Positions 23,346 through 64,000 of a stretch of DNA of 64,000 bases are shown piece by piece. A program made the translations under genes and the position numbers. Numbering within the stretch: position 1 is the first letter of the stretch; each line of letters opens with the position of its first letter. The notes under the pieces are model-generated. The model was not told the origin of the DNA and ran no database searches. It saw only the letters and a program-made list of their open reading frames with translations. The DNA comes from Chrysomallon squamiferum (lineage: Eukaryota > Animalia > Mollusca): positions 1,116,001 to 1,180,000 of the forward strand of contig CM022667.1 in the NCBI GenBank assembly GCA_012295275.1, in the 5' to 3' direction.

Positions 23346-24190
23346 CTGCTACTGCAACTTTTAGTTCGTTGTTATTGAAATGTATTAACTATTTTTATTA
23401 TTATTATTATTGTTGTTGTTGTTGTTGTTGTTGTCGTTATCGTTATCATTATTATTATTATCTTCATTTTTAATTACTAATATTATTTTATTTGTTTTTT
23501 TTTAATGTCCTTGATCCAAATAACAAAAAAAAACAAATAAACTCACAATTACGATATCGTGATCAAAGATTTTTGATGTCAAATTGACGACTTTGGTGAT
23601 GAAGATGGTGATTTATTCTTAGTTTTTATTGTACACAGCGTTCTTAATGCTGCTGTTGTTGTTGTAGTTGTTATTATTCCTATTTCGATGATTTTCGAGT
23701 GAAGACCTTCACCTTTCAGATTCACTTCCTTATACATACATATTCATAATGTTAATATTGACATTAAATTTCTTATAAAACTCCTTTGCGTGTCTACGTG
23801 TTTTTTAATTACTGTATATATATACACACGCTGCGAACAAACACACATTTATTATTCTCTGAAAGAACATATTAAAATCTCCTCTTGGCAGAAATCGTGA
23901 TGGAAAAACTAATGAAAAACTTTTTCGTAAAATACTGTCAAGAAGACAGCAAATTAAACAAATATGTGTTTTTTTTTTTTTTTTTTTTTTTTTGTTTCTC
24001 TTTGCTGTTTTTGCTGGGCTTTTTTTTTGCTGATTTTTTTGTGGGTTTTTTTGTTGTTTTTTTTGTGTTTTTTTGTGTGGATTTTTAAGGCAGCAAATGA
24101 TTATTAATGTATATACATGCTTGCAAATGTTTACAAATGTATGGCTTTTCAGAAAATACACGGTATTACCTCTGCAGGATATATGGGAGG

Positions 24191-24226
<36 letters not shown>

Positions 24227-24496
24227 TAAGAAGAGAAAAAAAGAGAGAAGAAGATGTCTTGATATCATCAGCTTGCGTAGGCGACAACAATCAGTCTTTG
24301 CTGCTAGATGTTCTGAGATCAAATCCTTGTACAGGCTGGAGCTGACTGGAAAGTATTAACTCAGTCAGACTGTTTTTTTTTTGTTTTTTTTAAATTAATT
24401 CTCTGTGCATAAAGGCAACCTGACAGTAAATTTCCTACATGTGTCACCAACTGGCTTATTCGATTTATTTATTTAGTTAGTTAGTTAGTTGGTTAG

Positions 24497-24549
<53 letters not shown>

Positions 24550-25825
24550 CAACATTTTCTTTATTTTCTTATTTTTCTTATTCTATATAGAATGTTTCAA
24601 AATTTGACTGAATAAATGGAATACATCAAACAACATTTCAAAGTAACCATATTCTATAAAGAAAAAAAGCTGATTTAAAAGTATAGAATATGAAAACTAA
24701 GGACTCTGACAGAAAAATAAATGAAATGAAATGAAATAAAATTAAATAAATAATAAGACAATATTTGTTTTTACATTAAATCGTTTCTTTCATCACATTT
24801 AAACGTTTTATATTTTAAATGGACATTTTTTCTGTTTATGCAAGATAATGCATAAATAAAATAATATTTGTCTTAAATAAAAATAAAAATAAATATTGTC
24901 TGAATATAATCGTTAATTATTATTAGCCAAGAATATGTCTGTGTGTATTTATGTGTGTCTATGTATGTATGTATGTATCTATCTAGATACATACATACAT
25001 ACGTACATATATATATATATATATTAAAAAAAACAATGAACATTTTAAACAATAAATTCAATAATAGACACATTCTAGTGAAGAACGCACTTAATAAAAT
25101 GGATATTAACCTCAGACATATATAAAGAAAGAAGGAAAAAAACTTTCTAAAGACGAAAGTTTATGAATTTTCACATAACGCAAGGAACTCGTAACATTAA
25201 GTCATCCTATTTCATGCGTACAAAAGCACTGCGTTTTTGTTTTGCAATTAATACTGTAAGACTGACACACGTAACAGAGCAGAAATATATGTGTATCAAG
25301 CCAGACATAATATTATTACTAACCAGATTCGGGAATCCCTTTAAGAAAAGCCAATTCTCAACAGTACTGATTCAGTTTTGTTCGTTGAGAGGAACATATT
25401 GCAGTTTACGTCTTCTGTAGAAAATTAATATGTTATATTCTACATGTTTCTTATCATCTTTTTTTTTTCTTTTTTCCTTTGCAAAGATAGTGTTATTAAC
25501 ATTTCATGCCATTTCTTTCTTCTTTTCTAAGCAGTGTTTTTTGGTTTCTTTTGAGGACAGATCCCACCAACAACTTTAATAAAACACACACGGGTTAACA
25601 ATACTACATAGAATCATCAGATTTTATAGTTAATATTTTAATGGAAGTAACTGAAATGGTAATCTTTTCAGAATTTCTTCCTCAAGGAAGGTTAAAACGT
25701 CTTTTTGCAAATATAAATAAAATCTATATGGATACTATTGTAATGCAGAAGAAATTTTTTTTTTTTTTTTTTTTAAAGTACCTTTTTATATTCTGTTATG
25801 TAAATGATTTTATATGCTTTTAAGA

Positions 25826-26425
25826 ATGTAGTTATTCAGAAAGTAAAATTTCAATATTTTGCTAATTCCATAAAATAATCTAAGTAAAAATTTTAAAAAG
25901 AAGTATTGTTTTTCGTTCCGGAAAGTAAATAATTGTCTGTATATGTGTGTTTAAGTATGTAGTTTTGCAATTTGTGTTTAAAAAATTTGAGCATATTGTC
26001 GTCATTCAGCAAAAATGTTAAAAAGTTGTTTTGTGTTCTGTTATACATGGTTTTTACACACACACACACACACGCACACACACATATGTTTCTAAGTATG
26101 TAATTACTCAGAAAGTAAAATTTCATTATTCTACATATGTCCATAAAATACTGTGAGAATACGGTCATACAGCAAAAATATTTCAAAAAAAAAAAAATAT
26201 TGTTTTGTGTTGTGTTAAAGTAAATGATTGATGGTGTATATTTTTTTTATCTACGTAGTTATTCAGAAACTAAAATTTCATCATTTTGCTGTTGTCCATA
26301 AAAACTGTTTGAATACTGTCATACAGCAAAAACGATTTTAAACAAAAGGTATTGTTAGATGTTTTGTTAAGTAAAGGATTTTCGTGCATGGTGTATTTAT
26401 TACTATGTAGTTATTCAGAATGAAA
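25826..26425. repeat. Degenerate tandem repeat, about 4 copies
   Basis: atgtagttattcagaaagtaaaatttca..ccataaaa..gtcatacagcaaaaa recurs near 25827, 26098, 26254 and 26405. Confidence 0.7.
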
Positions 26426-27230
26426 ATGTGTACCTGTTTTCTGTACTAGGCTTAGATGGGGGTTTTCATTAGCACGGTTGGTTGTAGAAATGCAAAATTA
26501 TGAACCTTAGGTGTGAAAGGTACTGAAATTAATTAGAGATTTTTAATTCATACACTTTTTTCATTCTTCGTTTTATAATAATAATAATTATTAATATTAT
26601 TAGTGCCATTAATATTATATTATTAGTATTAATATTAGTGGTAATGTTATTTTAACAGACACGACTCTCAAGCAGTTTTTCTTTTCTCCATTAGGCCAGA
26701 ATTTGAGAGAGTAAATGTGACAATGTTTCAGTGACTTTTCTTTCTTATTTGATACCATGACAATTATTCCAGATGTATTCACCCACTTTCACGAACACGA
26801 ACACGCACATTAATATTCAAAACGCTGACGAGTTCATTACTATTAACAACCCAAACCCCAGCGGAGATATTTTTAATTTACTGTTTTGTAGCGACGTGTT
26901 CAGATTTCCTCTCTGAAAGAAACAAAATCACATTAAAATTTCATTACTTAGCAAACGTCGAATAAAACTCTCACAATAGTGACAATTAGCAAAGATGATT
27001 AAAATGGCACTGTCTTTTTTGTTGTTGTTGTTGTTGTTGTTAACTCTTTGTCGGACAAGTGACTGTTCATGTCCCTGTTGCAAGTGCTAAGATCTTCAGA
27101 AAGTAATCATGACTGCTACTGGTGCTCAGAATAGATGTCATCATCACTGTAGTATTGTTTGTATAATGGTTGAAAATGTTATCAGCAACTTTGGTTTGGA
27201 ATGTACAGTTCGAATCTTTGTCCCAGCGTT

Positions 27231-27353
<123 letters not shown>

Positions 27354-29653
27354 CTCTTCTTGCTCTACATTATTTCATATATCAACTCTTATGATACTGA
27401 TAAATCTCTCTCTCTTTCATTCTCTCTTACACACGCATAAATGTGTTTGTATATATGTGTTTATTTATGTGTGTATGTATATGTGTGTATGTATGTGTGT
27501 GTTCTTCTTGTGCAAAAAAAAACAACATTTAAAATATAAGTATAAAAAATACAGTAATTCTAATTTGTTTTCACTTTTGGATTAAACTTTAATAAAGTAA
27601 TCAAAAATTAACCTTTAAAAAAAAAAAAAAAATTTTGAATAATTTTATTTTATTGTCAGCAGGTGCTTTTTCAACCGATTTTTATGAACATTTTCAAAAT
27701 GAAATTTACTGAAAATTTTTGATGAATAAAACATGTAGATATTCACTTTATTATGTTTTAATAAAACAGCTTTGATTATTAGTTGGGTATTTTTTTTTTT
27801 TTTTTTTTTTTGCTAGGTATTAAAGCAATATATATTAATGACACCTTAACGATATTAAAGGTGTTGAATATCGATTACCTGTTTCAGCCGACAAAAAAAT
27901 GTATTCAAGTTTCACCTTCTGAACAGGTAAAGTATAGTTGACATGCCATGTTGACAAGCTAGCGTATTATTATTTTAGAGAAAAAAAAAAAAAAAAAAAA
28001 AGATATTACAGACAAAATGGTCAAGACATTCACGGCCGGAATGAATAACTGAATAAAATGAATAATTAATTTAATTTAAATAAAAGAAGTATGTTAATAA
28101 ATAAAAAAAATTTAATTAGTTTTAAAATAATGATGAAGATGATGATGATGTTGAGGATTAGGAACGAAAATAATATTTTTACCCTTTTATATTTTGTTAT
28201 TATTCTGTATATTCAGTAAGTGGTGAAATGAATAATAATAATAAAAGTTTTTTAAATTATGCTTGTTGCCATTAATTCATTAATTTGGTTACCCAGACTG
28301 AATATAATTAAAACTTTTTTTAATTATTATTATCAACTTTGAAATGAACCACATCCTGAAATGTAAAGAAGTGAAATACCATTTCAGTACCAAAAAAATA
28401 ACACTGACCATAACAATGATGATAAAGGTGATGATGATAATGATGATAACAAAACAACAAAACAAAATACAAATTTTATCAAAACATTTTTTTTTTATTC
28501 CCTCTAAAATTTTCTAACATTTCTAAATCTACAGCACCAAGCAAATGTTACAACAGCAAAACTATTTCAAGACAGTTTGACAAAAACAGCAGTTAGCTAA
28601 ATCTAGTTAAACACAGACAACCTCATCAGACTTCAGTTCAAAAAGGTTTTATCAGCACATGAAAACATATTTGTTGTTTATTTAATGTTTTATTATTATT
28701 ATTATTTAATTAATTAATTAATTTATTACTACAATTTTTTTAATTATTATTATTATTATTATTATTATTATTTTTTTTTTTTTCTCAGTATATTTGTCAT
28801 TCATCTACATCTAAAAATTACAATAATAGTAATAACAATGAGACAAAAATCACTTCATGTATTTCAAAAGCTAATTGTTAATATCTGTTATTAATTTATT
28901 TTTATTGTGTATTATTTTATACAGTATATAACTGTAACTAAAAGACTATATATTTTTAAAATACACTATTTTATTATAAGTACCTGAAAGTCACTTTTGC
29001 TGATCTTAGAACTAATAATTCTATTTAAAACAACAAACAAACAAACAGACAAACGACAACAATGACCCAACCAAAACAGGAAAACAAAACTATTATGATT
29101 AAATTACAAGATAAATGTTCCTTATTAACTTTTCCATCTGATTTTCTTTTCTTCTTCTATATCCTGCTCATTAACCCATTTTTGTTTTCAAATAACAAAT
29201 ATTACTTTTTAACAGTCATTTCATGAGTATAAATTATTTTTTTTTAAAGTTCAAAAGGCTGTAAATTATAAATTAATTTAAAAGAGTTTTGATGTTCAGA
29301 AATAACCTCTGATATATAATATATATATATATTTTTTTTTTTTCAAATTATAAACATTATTCATCTTATAAGATGGTAAAGTCCTTAATCAGATAATGCT
29401 TGGTAAAAAAAAAAGTCTGAAGGAAATTATAAAATTATTTTTAAAAGTGAACTAAGGAAAACAGGTCAGATTTGGTATCAAACATTACAACCAATAAAAT
29501 AGTAATAATTATCAAAGAATGGCACAGTCATTGTAATAACAGTAAGCAGTAAAATGAAATAAAAAATATATTTGTAATTCAAAATACACAGAAACATGTT
29601 TTCGTTAATATAATCGTTACAAAACCAGGCTGCAAGTTAAATTATTTCAATAC

Positions 29654-29686
<33 letters not shown>

Positions 29687-30221
29687 GGAATAAAATGAAA
29701 AAACAAAATGAAAAAAAAAAAACGAAGAAAATATTTCTTATTCTCAAGTCAATTTTTTTTTTTTTTTAATTATTATTTTAATTATTTATACTGGTCTTAG
29801 CTTAGAAAAAACATGATGAAAAGCAATTATAACGTCTGCTTTCTTATTTACACATTAAACACATATCAAAGAAACTTCATAAAAGCAAATTAACTGGAGG
29901 GGAAAAAAAAAAAAAACATAAAAAAACAGTATTACAAAAAAAAAAGCATAAAAAGTATCAGTTTTATACATGTCATTAGATCAGACGTGACATATTACAC
30001 CTACTGACACAAAACACATTTATTACATGTACGTATAACATAATGCATAATACATGACGGCTTTGTCACGCGGCATTGACAGGAATACATTATTGCACAA
30101 ATGAAAAGCACTTGTGGGATACTGCAGACCACACCCTCTCAAGAAACAAAAGCCCTTCCCTTGTAAGTCACACCTGGTTAACAGATAAATACCCAACCCT
30201 TTAGTTTGTGGTTTTTTCGAC

Positions 30222-30222
<1 letters not shown>

Positions 30223-30270
<48 letters not shown>

Positions 30271-30387
30271 GTAACTAATACTGATGGTGATGATGGTGAT
30301 GATGATGATGATGAGAATTTACAAGCAATAATGATGAAATAAGCAATAGCAAAAAATTATTTATAAATATCCAAAGCAAAAAAATAT

Positions 30388-30452
<65 letters not shown>

Positions 30453-30569
30453 GTAACTAATACTGATGGTGATGATGGTGATGATGATGATGATGAGAAT
30501 TTACAAGCAATAATGATGAAATAAGCAATAGCAAAAAATTATTTATAAATATCCAAAGCAAAAAAATAT

Positions 30570-30602
<33 letters not shown>

Positions 30603-30620
30603 TCATAATAATAATAATAA
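30223..30620. repeat. Near-perfect two-copy tandem duplication (~180-bp period) bounded by (AAT)n
   Basis: agtaactaatactgatggtgatgat...gcaaaaaaatattgatagt at ~30270 and ~30452. Confidence 0.9.
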
Positions 30621-31244
30621 GGCAGTATAGCTACACATACAGTAGATTAACATAATAAGTGCTATTCTAAATACATCTATATTATACTTACTAAATTGAG
30701 AAAAGACAAAATGTTATTAATGTTTCACTCAAACATTTTCAAAAAGGATATTAAACATTATAAATAAATTACACAAACATAAATTGCACCCTTTAGAATG
30801 CAAAAACAAGCCTATACTGTGTGTGTGTGATTATGTGTAAATGTGTGTATATATGTTTGTATGTATGTGTACATTGATATAAATACCATACAAAACTAGA
30901 AATGCAAACAAATATTTCAAAAATAGCAAGAATTCTCTTTTTTTTTTCTTTTTCACTTAACAAAAATGCTATTAGATATATGATGGTGATAATGATAATG
31001 ATTTTCATTATATTTTTAGTGAATGATGAAATGAAATTTGTCTGAAATGAAACAGCAGCCATTGAACAACCATCAGTTTAATTATTTTTTAAAACAGTTC
31101 TTATTATTATAATTATACTATAGTTACACTGATATTATTTATTTATTTATTTATTTATATTTAATAACAAGTTGGAACATTCTTTTTTTCAAATTTCTAA
31201 ATCTATAGAAACCAAGATCTTAAAGACACAGCAGAAACATATAC

Positions 31245-31280
<36 letters not shown>

Positions 31281-32800
31281 TAAATGTTTACTGTTGTTTC
31301 TGTTTTATTATTTACCTATAGTACAGTTGATTGCTTTTTAAAATTCTCTAATACAAGCTAAAACAGAGAATAAATATTAAGGCAATGCCAAGTAAAAGAA
31401 GAAAAAATCCAGAATGATGTGTAAAGTTAATATACTGCCAATGTTTTGCTTACAGACAACCTAAGATCTTCGTGCACTTTCAATTACTGACTTCAAAGTT
31501 GGTACATCTACTCATTAGCTTGTGAGGAGTATAATTTTTATAAGTGAACTCTTTAATGTTTCTTCAAATATATTAAAAGTGTCAACCAAAAGATCAAAAG
31601 TAAAAGAATTTAAGTAATATTATATGCGAATTGGGATGCCTTTTTGATACCATTCAGGTTAAATGTTTAATATACTTTACTAGGAGATTGTCCCAAAAGA
31701 ATATCAAGAAAAATATCAAAAAGAGAAGAAAAGAAGAAGAAAATTTGTATTTACAAATAAATTCCCTGTTGTACAAATATAGCTGCCTGAAAAAATATTT
31801 ATTCTAATTATTTACAACCTCTTTTGTAAATTAATTGTTATTTTCCTGTTTTATTTTATTCAAAAATAAAGTAAACAGGCATTAAATGTTTTGTATTTTT
31901 TAAATGTTATTAATTTTATATATTTTAAAATTAATTAATTAACTTGGTGATTTTATTATCAAAATTTTAAAAAATTAGAAAGATTATTTTTTTGCAATTT
32001 TAAAATACAAAATGAAAGTTATTAAATAATGTGCATTAAATCGTAAATGTTAACAATATTTATTAATTTCATAATTTCTTTTTGATAATTTTATCTCACT
32101 CATATTATCAAACTGACAAAAATAACCACATTGTTTTATTTTATTTTATTTTTTTATTTATTTTTTTTTTTGGCCAGAAAAATGAAAATAAAGAAGCATC
32201 AGGGTAAAAACGCAAAACAAATTAAATTATTTTTCCATCATAGAATTTTTATAACATTAATGCCTTTTTATTTATTTAATTATTTAGAACGAACCAAACT
32301 AAAATTATATAAAATATAATAGCATGAAAATTTTAAAAACATTTTTTGTAACACAAGGAAAATTTTAAATTATTAATTAATAAATAAAAGTAATGAAATA
32401 TGGAGAGATGAATGAATTATGTGTGTGGAAAAAAAAAATACACATATAAAACAAAACAAAAAAAAAAAAAAACTTAATTTAACTAATATGAGTTATCAGG
32501 ATTTTAACAAATTTTCTTAAATTTAAATATTATGAAATCTAGGTGATAAAATATTCCTTCCTCAAAATTTAATACTTTCCAACATAATAACAATTATCAA
32601 AAAAAAAAAAAAAAAAAAAAAAACATTTAATAAAAATAAAGTTTTATAAATAATTTAAGTAACAATAACCTGAGTATAAGCTTACATTTTACAAAAGGCT
32701 GAAGCATAAAAATATTATTTAACCCATTAAATAAATTTCAATATGTAACCAGTATAATATGAATAATTATTTTATATAAAGTCATATATGTTTATTACTG

Positions 32801-32832
<32 letters not shown>

Positions 32833-33878
32833 TACACACATTTACATATACATACAACAATCCAAATGTTTTAAAACCATTATTAGCATTTCAGTTAATT
32901 GGGTTGAAATTATTACAAGACCTATAGCTTAATTAATATTTTATTTTAAAAATTCAAAAAAAAAAAACAATAATAATAATAATAATAATAATACTAATAT
33001 TAATTAAATTAAATTAAAAATTTTTAAAAAAATTAAAATAAAAAAACCCAAATGTATGACATTCTAAAATTCTATCAGTAATCTGTTCTAATTCATTTTT
33101 TTTTTATTTATTCATTATTATTATTATTATTATTATTATTAAATTAAAATTAGTTATTTAGAATTTTAGAACTAAAACAAATTCTACAAATATAAAATGA
33201 ATGAGTAATAAATTTGTTTAACAAATTTTAAAAAAGAATAAATTTCATAACTGACTGATTAAAACAAAACCCAAAACATATTCAACAATCTCTCATTAAT
33301 TTTTTTTTAATTTTTTTTAAATTTTTTACTTTTCACAAAAAACAAAATAAGAGCAATAATTAATAATTTCAATAATTTTGGACATGATACCTACCAGTAA
33401 CAATGATTATTTACTCTTAGTATCATACTTCTTATTTTTCGTATTAAGGTTTATTATAACAGATTAGTGTACAAGGAATTGTGGCCATTTCTGATTTTCT
33501 ATTTACAAACACCAGGTGGGAATTAAGTATTTTAATTAATTTTATTTATCTACTCTGTCTTATTTAAGAATTTCTTACATATTTAAAAAAAACATCACAC
33601 AAAGTGACTTAAATTTCATAAATAAATTTTTCATATTAAAAAAAAAAAAAAAAAAAAAAACAGTTCTGTATATAGCAACGATCTTTCTAAATTCAGCAAA
33701 GACACTTATCAGCTCTGAACTTAATAACAATCTTAAATAGCATTTCTAGATTCAGGAAAGATATTTGACCTATTCTGAATTCAACAGAAGTATTCCACTG
33801 TCCAGTAAAGAATATTCTTGATTCAGGAAATATATTTTACCAGTCCTGTTTTTTGAAATTCGTTGAAAACATTTCAGC

Positions 33879-64000
<30,122 letters not shown>

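Noticed and set aside
22453-23473. Mucin-like Thr/Ile-rich 303-aa ORF and poly-Leu/poly-Val ORFs
   Set aside because: Pure trinucleotide repeat open in several frames on both strands, with no unique coding flanks.
24240-27230. Higher-complexity islands (24240-24450, 26650-27230) as exons of an additional gene
   Set aside because: No consistent open frame or motif. They could be UTR exons or regulatory DNA, but this is not demonstrable from sequence.
28400-33878. Polyadenylation signals defining the Piezo 3' UTRs
   Set aside because: AATAAA/TTTATT hexamers are ubiquitous in this AT-rich DNA, so no site can be singled out.

Overview
AT-rich, microsatellite-laden animal genomic DNA with GT-AG introns. 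An invertebrate, probably lophotrochozoan or mollusc-like, origin is my inference. Three genes can be read. (1) A complete 3-coding-exon gene on the minus strand (18606->11237, 979 aa by my splicing) encodes signal peptide + bacterial PstS-type phosphate-binding domain + one TM helix + kinase-homology domain + degenerate class III nucleotide cyclase domain. This is a receptor-guanylyl-cyclase-like protein whose ectodomain keeps the whole PstS phosphate-binding site. (2) The 3' part of a convergently oriented paralogue lies on the plus strand (<1-3257), with three frameshifts as assembled. (3) The 3' part of a Piezo mechanosensitive channel gene lies on the minus strand (>64000->33879): 25 internal exons plus two duplicated, alternative terminal exons that each encode the pore-lining inner helix and CTD, one with canonical MFEE and one with MFVQ. 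Two single-base frameshifts in Piezo suggest residual assembly indel errors. Most other listed ORFs are microsatellite or antisense artefacts. All exon boundaries were read by eye and checked for phase consistency; no database searches were run.
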